A stretch of DNA of 64,000 nucleotides from Hormiphora californensis (Eukaryota; Animalia; Ctenophora): NCBI GenBank assembly GCA_020137815.1, contig CM035358.1, positions 7,812,001-7,876,000 of the forward strand. The letters are read 5' to 3'. Position numbers and translations under genes: made by a program. Positions 13,993 to 25,777 of this stretch are shown here, piece by piece. The notes below the pieces were generated by a model. That model was not told where the DNA came from and ran no database searches. It was given only the letters and a program-made list of their open reading frames with translations. Numbering within the stretch: position 1 is the stretch's first letter; every line of letters begins with the position of its first letter.

Positions 13993-14923
13993 TGTGTGGG
14001 AGAGAAAAAGAAAGAGAAAAAAGTGGGAGATAGAGAACAAAAACCGCTGAATCTGATTTTAAGGCCACAATATATCACACTTTCACTCCTAATTAAAAAT
14101 AGGTTAAAGTCGGATTTTTTGAAACTGTCACCCCCCTTTTCGTGCGCGGAATGTTTTTGCGCGTCACATCACATGTTAACGTGTGGTGTGCACGTCAAAA
14201 TTGATAAATTTCACATGCACGGTCATTTTGGGGTGACAGTTTCAAAAAATCCGACTTTAGATGATAGTTAAAAGATGGATAAAGATAAAGAAGGAAGCCC
14301 TACCGTACCCTAACATGTTTCGTAAACAAATAACTATTCATAAAACTGTCAAATGTGTCAATTGGTCTTTCTTTTCCTGTCTATTACGTCCTCTCTCCCT
14401 CTCTCTTCCTCTATATATCTCTCCCTCTCTTTCCCCTCTCTCTGATTTTCACTAGACCACGCACACACATATGTAATGTGGACCGCTTAGTTTGTTACAC
14501 AGCTGTGAGTGTGACGTGAATCGTTAGATAAATGGATTGCAACAGTATCCAACAAGGAAATGTATCTCCTAAATTTATACTGAATGTTCAAAAGCTGCAG
14601 ATAGAGGAAAGGAGGAATCACATAAAAATTCTCAACGTGGACATGTCCAATCTACTTTTGTAAATAAAATAGAACTCTCAATACATGAAGCCTGAAGAAT
14701 ACATACAGAGTGATAACTAAGGGATAAATGTTCTAAAATAATGCACCCTAAAGTCCAAAATAACAAGACAGGATGACTGCTGAGATTAATGTGTTGACAC
14801 CAAGGTGAGAACAGAAGCTGATGATCTTGTAAAACGGAATATACACCCAGCGGGGGATAACAGAGAGAGAGAGAGAGAGATGAAGAGAGGCTAGCAAGAG
14901 GAGTAAGAGAATGTGAAGCAGAT

Positions 14924-15033
<110 letters not shown>

Positions 15034-16151
15034 TAGATATAGAGAGATAGAGAGAAAGAGAGAGAAAGAGAAGGAGAGAGATAGAAAGAGAGAGGAAATG
15101 AGTGTACGGAAACTGCTGACCAATCACTGACAACATGATCCAACCACGTGAGATGCACTGCAAATTTGGGAGTAATGTCAGAGTAATTTTAGTAATTTCG
15201 GTAAATCTCGGCCTGCCTGTCGGCAAATAGGTATGATGGAGAGAGAGAGCTGGGATTATATTTATACAACCCATGCTTGACCCCATCTTTTACCCTTGTT
15301 CAAGAGATGATCGAGCTAACACAAATGTTCAAGACATGAGATTCAGATAGAAATGGTGATAGTGAAGAGAGAAAGTAAAGAGTAATTTATGGCAGGCAAA
15401 GAAATACTCTGATTTGAACGGACTGATTGAAAACACTCCCAACGTTGCTTTCCCTTTTAGTATCTTTCAAATCATCTCACTTCCTCTCTAAACTTAAGCT
15501 TCCTTCTCGTCTCCTCCAAGTCCGTCCTCCCATCCCCTCCTATCTCAACGTCTAGGAGACTGCTTACAGGATATTTCGCCGAGTGGAGGATGAGAGAGAG
15601 GGTAGAGAGAGAGAGATGAGAGTGAGAGAGAGGAGTAAGAGAGGCGAATGAGAGAGATGGCGTCGGTAAGAGGAGAACATTAATAGGGGATATATGGATT
15701 AGAGGGAGAAACGTCAATTGCTACGAAGGTTGGCAGGAAAAGTTAGCTACAATGGATTATTCTTGCCCTTGAGGATAAGATAAGAGAGAGAGTAAGAAAA
15801 ATAAAGAATGAAAGTAGATGGCTAGCTGAAAGCGACTTGTAGAGAGAGCTAAAGGTAACTAGTGAAAGAATAAGATTGGGGGAGAGTGCGATGCCTACAG
15901 ACTGTGTCAGCGATGCCGCGTTAGAGTAGAACTACGTTGAGAAATAATGGATTTGGGAAATAGCAGTAGGTAGAGGCTAAGAAAGACTTAAAGACGAGCT
16001 TTTTGCAAAGACTCTGAGGATTGGAGTAAGAGAGAGCGTAGGAAGAAAATCAATGATCGAGAGAAAAGAGAGATGGAGATGAAAAGCTGACTGAAGAATG
16101 AGAGAGATGAGAGAGAAAGAAAGAGAGAGAGAAAGAAAGAGAGAGAGAGAA

Positions 16152-16274
<123 letters not shown>

Positions 16275-16466
16275 ACCATACAATCCAGCTAAAGCATTTT
16301 GAATGTATGCCATGCCATTTGATAGACATATTTCAATGTGACACTGTTATAGGCCACAGCTGTAATGACAGTACCCCTCCCCAAAAGCCCATATAATAAC
16401 AGGGTGACTTCGTAACCAACCACTGACCCAACACCCGATACGATATCAATTTTGGCGCGGGGAGGG

Positions 16467-16532
16467 CTGTCAGAGCATTGGCCTGACCCATTCTCGTTCG
16501 CGAGAACTGTGGTCAGAGCATTGGCCTGACAG
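16467..16532. mobile_element. Short dispersed element with CTGTCAG...CTGACAG ends; related copies at ~386, 1378, 3911, 5566, 12786, 56851, 59052, 60885
   Basis: Internal direct repeat TCAGAGCATTGGCCTGAC twice per copy; about 9 copies in both orientations. Confidence 0.75.
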
Positions 16533-16906
16533 GGGGAGGGAGGGTCGAACAAGGCAAGGCCCATCGGCCATCCCCGAAATCAGAAGTCTGATAAACTTCG
16601 TGAAGCGGGAGAGAGGTTGACGCGCGCGATGATCATTACAAGGGGGTTCTTGCGCGTTACAAACAAGTGTTCCACTTCTTCAGTTTTTCGCAGAATATCG
16701 GCAGACCCCCCCCCCCGCCCCCCCCCCGTTTTTAGCAGAAGAGGCTTGTTTGGCTCACACCGCATTTCGGTTGGCTACGAAGTCACCCCTTTAATTGACT
16801 TATGGGGGGGGGGGTGGGAAGTCTTTAATTGACTTACCTAACTTACAGTTGGTGAGGTTATCCAACTTCATTATCCGAGCGGAACGTCATCCTAAATAGC
16901 AGTTAA

Positions 16907-17272
16907 AGGGTCAGTGCACAGGGTCAACTTGGGTTGTGTTGAATCTCCTTGGTGTGGGGACCCCTGGGTGTGGTTTAGATTTTGGACTGCCCGACTTGTT
17001 GGGACGGAACGTGACCCGCTCAAATATTTCCGGGCGCACGTACTTCGTCTCGCTCAAACTTGACTCACTAATCGCAGTGCTTACAACGCGACCCTCTGTA
17101 TGTGCAGACGTGCACGTTTGAGCGAGGCGTAGTACGTGCACCTGGAAAAGTGGATTTGGGTGGGTCACGTTCTGCACAAACTAGTCGGGCAGTACAAAAT
17201 CTAAACCACACCCAGGGGTCCCCACACCAAGGAGATTCAACACAACCCAAGTTGACCCTGTGCACTGACCCT
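16907..17272. mobile_element. Kolobok-like MITE
   Basis: ~90-bp TIRs beginning AGGGTCAGTGCACA; TTAA on both sides (16903-16906, 17273-17276). Confidence 0.8.
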
Positions 17273-17344
17273 TTAATGTGGATCATAAATATCGTATGTT
17301 AAAGTGAGAGGTGCACGAAAACGAAAGTTGGAATAATATCTAAA

Positions 17345-18028
17345 TATATATACCGCGAGTGCACATATCACTCCCGCTGTGCGCGACCATTTGCACGCTG
17401 AAATATGCACTGTGCTTCCGCGGGAGCGTGCAGATATAGAGGGAGCGGGATATAAGTAAGAAATGTGTTCTCACAGTGTTTTTACACCTTAATCACACAC
17501 AAACACACAGAATATGACTGACAAGGTACTACACGACACAAAGTCTGTCAAATTACACTCACTCTCCCTCTTTCTCTCACTAATTATCCCCTTATCACGT
17601 TTTGTTGTTTGCTATTTCCAAGAATTCCAATCTCCCTCTCTCGCATCTCTCTCTTCATCTCTCTCTTCTTTTCACTGTTTCAAACTATCAGACATTGTTT
17701 CCCTTGTGTGTAAGAGTTGCAGTAGTGTCTGTTAGTATTTTTGAGTGTGTTTTTGCTTAGTTTGGACCTTGTTTTGTCACATCTCTGTGTGTGTAACCAC
17801 CCAAAATTAAGATTGTTTTGCTTGTAAAGTGTTTTCTCGCGGAATATATACTCAATAACGTCCTGCACGGCATGTGCAAGCGCCCCTATATCGCACTCGT
17901 TTCACTCGTGCAATATAGGTGTGAAATGCACTCCAGCTCCGCTGTCGTGCATTTCACCTCCATATACGCTCTGCAGTGCAGAGCGTATATGGCGCGCTTG
18001 CACTGCGTGCAGAACGTTATGTACTATA
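17345..18028 (+). mobile_element. Non-coding element with internal complementary region and 3' hairpin cassette (E1)
   Basis: Left end TATATACCGCGAG and right end GTGCAGAACGTTAT are both complementary to adjacent halves of 17836-17883; three hairpins at 17885-17992. Confidence 0.7.
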
Positions 18029-18062
18029 AATTGTGCATAACATTCCTTGGTGTCTAATTAGA

Positions 18063-18812
18063 AGTTTGGTGAAAATATGACGTCTCAATGTTGTGTTTGA
18101 AATTCATGTGCTGTGCATGCACGTGCAAGCTTCAAACACATGAGTTAGAAACATGGGACCTTCACCAACATTTGGCTCCAATGCAACCTATTCTCGCTCC
18201 GCGAAGAATAGGCTCCCGGCCCGTGGACAGCAAGAACTCACGTGCGCGCGATGTAAAGCACGTTTTTCAGCAAATCCCGCGCGACAGACTGTTTTGGGAG
18301 ACCTTTTTAGCTGACCTAGCACTACTCAAACGTCAATTACCGCCTCATTTCGCATCGTGATGAATCGGCGGGTATTTTCCCATGCTCACAGGGCCATGAC
18401 GATTCTCCCAGTACCCGCAGATTGTCCCAGGACCGAGTAGGAGCTTGCAGCCAGGTCTTTAAAGAATTGCCCATGTTTAGAGTCAATTTTGACCCACTAT
18501 TCCTCAAATGCTGATACTCGCGGGTATTTTCCGTAAAACTAGAGACAATTACCTGCCAGGAGCAACAAACGAGATGCAAATCGGTTCAGTAGTTCCTTGC
18601 AGCCAGGTCTTTGAAAAAGTTTGCTCTAAAATCAATAACGGGCCGGAGGCCTAGATGTGAGATCGATCTCGGTCGCTGCGCGACCTCGATCTCACTCAGG
18701 CATCAATGTGGCCAACACCAACATGTTTGTTTTGATCCGAGGAACACTTTAGTCCCATGCTTCTAACTTGTGTTTCAAACACAACATTGAGACGTGATAT
18801 TTTCACCAAACT
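18063..18812. mobile_element. MITE with ~45-bp TIRs, unclassified
   Basis: AGTTTGGTGAAAATATGACGTCTCAATGTTGTGTTTGAAA ... TTTCAAACACAACATTGAGACGTGATATTTTCACCAAACT. Confidence 0.7.
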
Positions 18813-19136
18813 TTAAGAACATTGCCGGCTCATGATTTTTCAAATCCCCATGATGTGTATTGGTTTTCCAATCCACAACTGTTGATCAATACATGCGGCG
18901 TTAGAGAGAGTTGTCTAGCTAGACTGTGTTTTGCGCACCCCGTCCCTTTACAAATGTAAACAAGGGAGGGTTAGAACATAACAAAGAGAGAGAAAGCAGC
19001 GAGAGAATAAATATTTAAAAAAATGTTGTGTCCTCTTTTTTTATTTTCCGTGTAAATTCATATATCTCAACCTGGCTGATCTATAGGTAATGTCTGAACA
19101 AGCATTGTTCGGTGTTTCAACACACACATCGTCACA

Positions 19137-19791
19137 CTAATCCCAGCATTCGAATTCAACTGCATCCCTCCTGCTAGCACAACACCGACAGAGAGAGAAC
19201 ACCAAACTAATGGCAAGTAGGATGATAACAACAACCCCCACATAGACCACGATGGCGGTTTTATCAACTCCAATGTCCTCACAGATACTCTGAATCAGAC
19301 CAATACGGAGAATTGGAGCAATGAGGCGGTACTTTCCAATCTCTTTGTAGAGGGGGTATCTGCATAACAATAGTGAATTAGGTGATTATCATGTCATTAT
19401 AGCTGAAGACGTCTGACATAGATCAGTCGAAAGCTCCTGTTCTTAATTGAATATTAGTACTGCAAAATCGTTGTTTCTCTTTAATAGGTGATTATCATTT
19501 ATCAGTATTCGCAATATAACTTTCTAATTTTCTTTTTATTTTTTTCAATTACTTGGGTCGTCTTGAGTCTGTGCTAAAGTTCTAACAAGTTCAGAGATCT
19601 GCGCTAAAGTACAATGTAGAGCTCACAATTACATACTTGACCATGGTGCATTGCACTTTGTTAGCCACACTCTCAAGGAAACTGGAGCCCAACCCCAGAT
19701 CTGTGGAGACCTGATTATACAGGTCATCGAACAGGTCACCTTTAGTAGCTACAATCGCTACCACGAACACCAAACACCACTTGATCATCAT
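19137..19791 (-). CDS. Small type-I membrane protein, paralogue A (signal peptide, short ectodomain with 2 Cys, TM, Cys-rich juxtamembrane tail); no family recognised
   Basis: Exons 19791-19637, 19573-19553 (21-nt microexon), 19359-19137, phase-consistent GT-AG; MMIKWCLVFVVAIVATKG... and AIVVYVGVVVIILLAISLVFSLCRCC. Structure conserved in paralogue B. Confidence 0.8.
19393..19484 (+). mobile_element. Solo 3' end of the Penelope element (hammerhead + tail) inserted in an intron, 14-bp TSD
   Basis: Matches 27857-27944; flanked by TAGGTGATTATCAT (19379-19392, 19485-19498); absent from the paralogous intron at ~22810. Confidence 0.88.
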
Positions 19792-20060
19792 TACAATGTA
19801 AAACAAAGAAGGCCTTACTGTAAACAAGGCTCTTCTGCTGAACGACAAATTATACAAGGAGATCTCTGAGTGTTTGAAATTAACTTCCTTCGACCCGTGC
19901 TACACGTGTATGATATGCTTGTTATAATGCTTGCTAAAGTGAGATACTGGGCAGGCTGAGCACTGTTAAAATATGGGTCCTTCTTCATGATAAACTTCTG
20001 CTCTAGTTAACAGTTGTAAGGTCCATCTCAGGTCCAGCTCTGTAGTAATAACAGTAAGGA

Positions 20061-20948
20061 CTTGGTGACATAGACACCTGGCGCGACCCCCCCCCCGGGC
20101 ACAGGTGACGGCTCCGCCCCATTTAGGGTTGTTTCTTTCAAGGGATGTTGCACGTGATCCACTGGACCGATTTGCATCCAGTTTGTCGCAAAAGACTACA
20201 AATTGATCTTACTATACTGGAAAATACCCGACAATTTTGTCTGTCAACATGAAGCGGGTCAAAATTGACACTGAAGTCAAATCTATAATCTGACTTCCGT
20301 GAGTTTCTGCACTACACCCATGCGGTTTAGAAGATATTGGGAGATATGTTGATGCAATTAGCATAAGAATTTGATGCCGAGTATTTTCCATTAGGGGAAA
20401 CTCTAACTGAATGCCCGCGCAGTAATGGCGTCCCATCACTGGTAAAAATCTAATTGAATGGAAGGAATGATGGAAGAACGCGCGACCATGCTCGTGTGTT
20501 TGTCATCGCGCCCTACGTAAAAGCCTTTTTTTGGCAAAATTTGTGGCAAATCCTGACGCGCACAGAGTGATGACTCCCATTATCAGTTAGATTTTTACCA
20601 GTGATGGGACGCCATTACTGCGCGGGCATTCAGTTAGAGTTTCCCCTTACTCAAAAGGCCTCAATCTATCTCCCAATATCGTCAGACTCAGTCTAAACCG
20701 CCTGGGAGTGGTGCAAAAACTCTCGGAAGCCAGATTATATATTTGACTTTAGTGTCAATTTTGACCCACCTCCTGCTGAAAGACAAACTTCTCGGGTATT
20801 TTCCAGTAAACTAGGACCAATTTGCAGTCTCATGAAACAAGCGGGATATAAATCGGTCCATTGGATCACGTGCAAGATCTCTTGAAAGACACCTGTGTGC
20901 GGGGGGGGGGGGGGGGGGGGTCGCACCAGGTGTCTATGTCACCAAAGT
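20061..20948. mobile_element. MITE (TIR CTTGGTGACATAGACACCTGG) with nested PIF/Harbinger-type MITE at 20394-20646; second family copy at 59590-60080
   Basis: Terminal inverted repeats read directly; the nested element has GGGGAAACTCTAACTG TIRs and TTA TSD. Confidence 0.8.
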
Positions 20949-21205
20949 TTAAGGTCCAGCTCGCCAAGAATAATGGGGGGGGGGGTAACTTTTGACGGGT
21001 AGTGTTTACGGATTCACATGGCCCGTCAAAAGTCTGAAATTAGGGCAGGTCTGAATTTAGGGTAGGCCTGAATTTAGGGTAGGTCTGAATTTAGGGCAGG
21101 TCTGAATTCAGGGCAGGCCTGAACTTAGGACAGGTCTGAACTCTCGATACAATGAATAATGTTTTGTTAATGTTGACGACTTGAAGATTCATTACAGGAA
21201 AAGAT

Positions 21206-21245
21206 AAACAGACGGTTTCGTCGTATCACGACATCATCAGTACTC
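21206..21245 (-). ncRNA. Penelope-type minimal hammerhead ribozyme motif (orphan, possibly degenerate)
   Basis: Minus strand GAGUA-CUGAUGA-U-GUCGU(gau)ACGAC-GAAA-CCG-UC-UGUUU: core boxes and 5-bp stem II present, stem I relies on G-U pairs. Confidence 0.55.
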
Positions 21246-21521
21246 AAATTAATCTTTAATTAACACACCAAGATCTCAAAATGTTACATATCATACTTAA
21301 TTTTATTTTTTTAGTGTTAAATAATTAAGAACATTGCCGGTTTATGATTTTCCGAATCCCCATGAGGTGGATTGGTTCCCCAGCTGCAGTTGATCAATGC
21401 ATGCGGCGTGTATGTTAGAGAGAGAGAGAAATCAGCGAGAGAAAATATATCTAAAAAAATGTTCTGTGTCCTCTTTGTCACACTTTTTAACTTTTTATGT
21501 CACCTTCCTCATGTTATTTAT

Positions 21522-22539
21522 GGTAGGCGGTAAATGTTAACCAGATCTGAGAGAAAACGTACGTGCAAAACCACGTTTTTGTCCATAACTCAGTCATTTC
21601 TTGACCAATTTGCAAAATCTTGGGTGCGTTGGAAAGAAGACATTAAGCTCTTATATACCCTGCTAACTTAAATAATGCGCCAGTGGCGAGAAGTCCCACT
21701 GGCACGCTCTCAATAAACATCCAGTCCAGCGGCAGATTATTTCCCACTGGCAGGTTATTTATTTTTAACTCCTATGCAACATTCAAAGTGTGTGTAAATG
21801 ATCAGTTCTTACTAAAATACAGAGGGAATACTATGTGCAACACTTACACACTACATTGGAGAGAAAGAAACAACACATTCCGTCAATTACTCTCCCTTTT
21901 TCTCTCCATTTGTTTCACTATCTCAATTCCTCTGTGTTATGTCTGGCATGCCCCATATCTTGTTATTTCTTTCTCTCTCTCCTTAGTAACTGTTACCAAA
22001 CAATATACACTCAATTGAGAGATATTTTTGACTGTTTCTCAGTTCTCTTTGTGTGTTTTGATTAGTGTTCTCTCTCTTGTTTGTGTGTAATACTTGAAAC
22101 AAACAACTAAAGCAGGGTATATAACCTATAAACTCTTGCCAAAGACGCGTTATAGGTTTAAACCCCTCCGCCTCTCCCTCGGCTACGCCTCGGGATCGTC
22201 GTCGTGATTTAAACCAGTTTATCCGCCAGCGGCGGATAAACTACAGCTACCTTCTCCCAGCGGCGCGCTGGGAGAAAGGTATCTGATATAACGCGCCACT
22301 GGCAAGAGTTTATACCTCATTTAAATGAGCCCAATAAAACTAAAATTGGCGCAAATTGCGCGGCGTCATGGCGCAAAATGCGCGTTTTTGCCACCGCGCC
22401 ACGCAATTTGCGCCAATGAGAGATCTCAATATCCTCTTTCCAATGAGCCAAAGATTTTGCAAATTGGTCAAGAAATGGCTGAGTTATGGGCAAAAACGTG
22501 CGAAATTCTCACAGATCTGGTTAACATTTACCACCTACC
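21522..22539. mobile_element. MITE with GG termini and 9-bp TSD (Mutator/Merlin-like)
   Basis: GGTAGGCGGTAAATGTTAACCAGATCTG ... CAGATCTGGTTAACATTTACCACCTACC; TSD GTTATTTAT (21513-21521, 22540-22548). Confidence 0.85.
21652..22317 (+). mobile_element. Non-coding element with internal complementary region and 3' hairpin cassette (E2), nested in the MITE above
   Basis: Left end TATATACCCTGCT, internal AGCAGGGTATATA-ACC-TATAAACTCTTGCCA (22111-22141), right end TGGCAAGAGTTTATA; hairpins at 22155-22281. Confidence 0.78.
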
Positions 22540-22555
22540 GTTATTTATATCCGTC

Positions 22556-23060
22556 TCAATTCGTATCTCTCTTGTATATATATTCTAACTCTAGTTGAAT
22601 AACAATACCGACAGATACCAGCCACGAAACTGATACCAAGGAGGGTAATAACAGCTATCCCCACATAGATCACTATGACGGTGTCACGAACTCCAATGTC
22701 CTCACAGATACTATGGATCAGGCCGATACGAAAAAGTGGGACAATGAGACGGTCCTTTAGCGGTAGTTTTTCAATGTCCTCGAAGTCTCTGCATAATAAT
22801 AGTGAATTAAGTGATTATCAGTATTCAGTTTAAACTACAATACTTGGGAGTTGGGTCCTCTGACACTGAGTCTGTGCTAAAATTTTAACAACAGAGCACT
22901 GTGCTAAAGTATGAACAATATAGAGCTCAATTACATACCTGACTAACGCACACTGCACTTTGTTATTCAGATTCTCCCACCACGAGCTCAAGTCATCGAA
23001 CAGGTCACCTTTAGTAGCTACAATCGCTACCACGAACACCAAACACCACTTGATCATCAT
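22556..23060 (-). CDS. Small type-I membrane protein, paralogue B
   Basis: Exons 23060-22939, 22876-22844 (33 nt), 22788-22556; same signal peptide as A; ...RIGLIHSICEDIGVRDTVIVIYVGIAVITLLGISFVAGICRYC... Confidence 0.8.
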
Positions 23061-23474
23061 TACAATGTAAAACAGGATCTACTACACACTGAACCGACAA
23101 AATACAACAAGAAGAAGATCTCTGATCACTATACTGGATGGGTAGATCACTGTCTAAATATGGGCGCTGTTATACCAGGGGCGGGTAGATCACTATTAAA
23201 ATCTGGGGGCTGAGTACTGGGCGGAGCATTGTTGACAGTAATACGCCCATCCCAACTTTATGACATCGCCTAGGGTGGGTCAAATTTATCCGTGTTTTAG
23301 GAAATATAATTTACATGCGGGTAATCTATAGATCACAAACTCAGATATATCATCAGCCCTCTGTGACCTCAATTGTTATGTTCACGAAACACAGTCTAGC
23401 TAGGCAAGACCTCAACGCATCAGAACTCCGACTTCTATCCAATTTCCTGGAAAACAGGTATCCAATGTTATCCG

Positions 23475-23548
23475 CAGGAACCGACCGAATCAGGAAATAC
23501 TGGTCCCTGATTGGCTGATAACCAGTAACGTGACCTAAATAACGAGTT
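23475..23548 (-). repeat. Short interspersed repeat fragment (related copy 33360-33422)
   Basis: CAGGAACCGACCGAATCAGGAAATACTGGTCCCTGATTGGCTGATAACCAGT...CCTAAATAACG is largely the reverse complement of 33376-33422. Confidence 0.7.
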
Positions 23549-23754
23549 GGGGGGGGGGGCCGGCTGAAGTTTTTGAAGTTTTTGAAGTCAACTTCAAAAA
23601 CTTCAAAGAGAAACTTAGGGTGGAAAACTTCAAAAACTTCAAAAACTTCAAAAACTCATATCTCCTAAACCGTTGGAGATAGGCCCTATGTTGCTTCATA
23701 ACTCTTATATAAACTTGCATATTCCGAACAAGATGCACCCCTTTAAAAAGCCTA

Positions 23755-25545
23755 TTCAATTCAATTCAATTCAATTCAAATATCTTGCGCAAATACACAG
23801 GATATTTAAAAAAATAAACCTCCTCATTAGTCATTAATAACACACCAGCTCAGCAACAAACAACATTCATCAAGATTGGAATTGATCAGGACGCCACTGC
23901 AGGATAGAGTTGTTGTTCGATTGAGATGGATACCCGATAATAGGTGGAGTATCAGGGATGAAACAAAGGTAGACACCCAGGCGTGATTTAAAATGGGAAA
24001 GTGTCGGTGCCTCCTTAACATGTCGTGGTAGAGTGTTCCACAGTTGGGGGCCCTTAACTGCAAAAGAACCCTCAAACATGGTGAGATTTGATCGTTGAGC
24101 TTCATAAGAATATCTGGGAACGATTGCTCTTGGTCCAGAACGGGGGCTCTCCACAAAGCCCATGTTGGTGGTGTTCGGTGATTCACCATTGTATATTTTC
24201 CAGACCATTATCATAGTGTATCTCTCACGACGTCTTTGAAGTGACAGTAGACACAGGGATCGGAGTCTCTGCCAGTAGTCCAGGCCTTTAAGGCCGGCGA
24301 TTTTACGAGTAAAAGCACGTTGAATATCCTCTAAACGACTGATATCGCCAATCTTGGTGGGGGACCAAAGAGTACAACAGTAGTCCAGGTGTGGACGCAC
24401 CAGGGATTTGTAGAGGGTAACCATGGTGCCCCGAGAACGGGACCTGAATGCACTGAGGGTCCAGCCAGCAATACGTCTCGCCTCTGATATTACACGAGAT
24501 ATCTGGGCTGACCATGAACCGTCGGAGGAGAGAAGAACGCCAAGATCACGAACGGTACGGGAAGGGATAATAGCTCTACCGTCTGAAAGATGATATGAAT
24601 AGTTCTCGGCACTGAAGGGCATTTCCCTGAGAGATGATGTGTGATTTAGTGTATAGTTCATCACTTCAAACTTTGCTTGGTGGAGCGACATATTGTTGAT
24701 ATCTGCCCAAGAAATGATGCTGTTGAGATCCTCTTGAAGGAGGACCTTATCCAGTAACGTTCGTATAGCAGAGAAGATTTTGGTATCGTCTGCAAACGAC
24801 AAGGACGAGCCGTGTTTGACTACAGAATCTAGGTCGATCACATATATGAGAAATAGGATTGGGCCTAGAACTGTCCCTTGGGGTACACCACTAATCACTT
24901 GAGCGAAAGAGGAGGGGACACCGTCGACCATAACAGTTTGCATCCGATCGGTAAGGAAACTACTTAGCCAAGATAAAAGTCTGCCCTTGACACCATATTT
25001 CTGGAGTTTTTCCAATAGAATGCCAATGTCCACCTTATCAAATGCTTTCTCAAAATCGAGGTAGATAACATCTACCTCGAGGAGACCATTGAGATTGTTC
25101 AGTAGGTTGTCAATATGACGAGTGAGTTGCGAGAGACAGCTCCGCTTACTTCTGAATCCATGTTGAGAGTCATTAAAAAGATTTTCTGACTCAAAATAAG
25201 ATACAAGTTGGGAACGAACAACTCTTTCGAAAGTTTTAGTAATGTGACTGGTCAATGAAATTGGCCGATAGTTTGCAGCACATGACTTAGAACCCTTTTT
25301 GTAGAGGGGTGATATGAACTGCTGCTTCAGGTACGTAGGAACTGCACCTGAGTTGAATGATTTACACCACAGGATATACAAAGGGTATGATAGAGATGAC
25401 CGACAGTCACGTAGAATTCTGGCGGGAATATCCCCTGGTGGGCCTGCGGAGTAAGGGTTCAGATCGGCTAACGCCTTCTCAATGTCCGATGGAGAGAACA
25501 ATATGTCTGAAATACTGGACGTTGATGGCGATAAACCATTAAAAC
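23755..25545 (-). mobile_element. 5'-truncated non-LTR retrotransposon, CR1/L2 group; RT ORF 25501-23870
   Basis: NYRPISLTS, QHGF, YLDFEKAFDKVD, SGVPQGTVLGPILF, FADD, RDLGV; 3' (TTGAA)n tail at 23755-23778; no APE domain left. Confidence 0.93.
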
Positions 25546-25777
25546 TGGTCTAGCCAAAAAAAAGTCATGCGCACACACAAAATTATGATAATATCCCATT
25601 ATCCCTCGAATTAGATGAGGTGGAGACTTCATTTTGGCACGTACCCCCACTAACTCGAGGCCGCTGATGATTTTGGTGACCATATTTTTTTCACTACTCC
25701 CTTCATAAAAAATTTGCATTTTGTGAAACTGGCAAAAAGGGTGTGCCCCTACTCCCGTAACCGACCCGATCCCCCGC

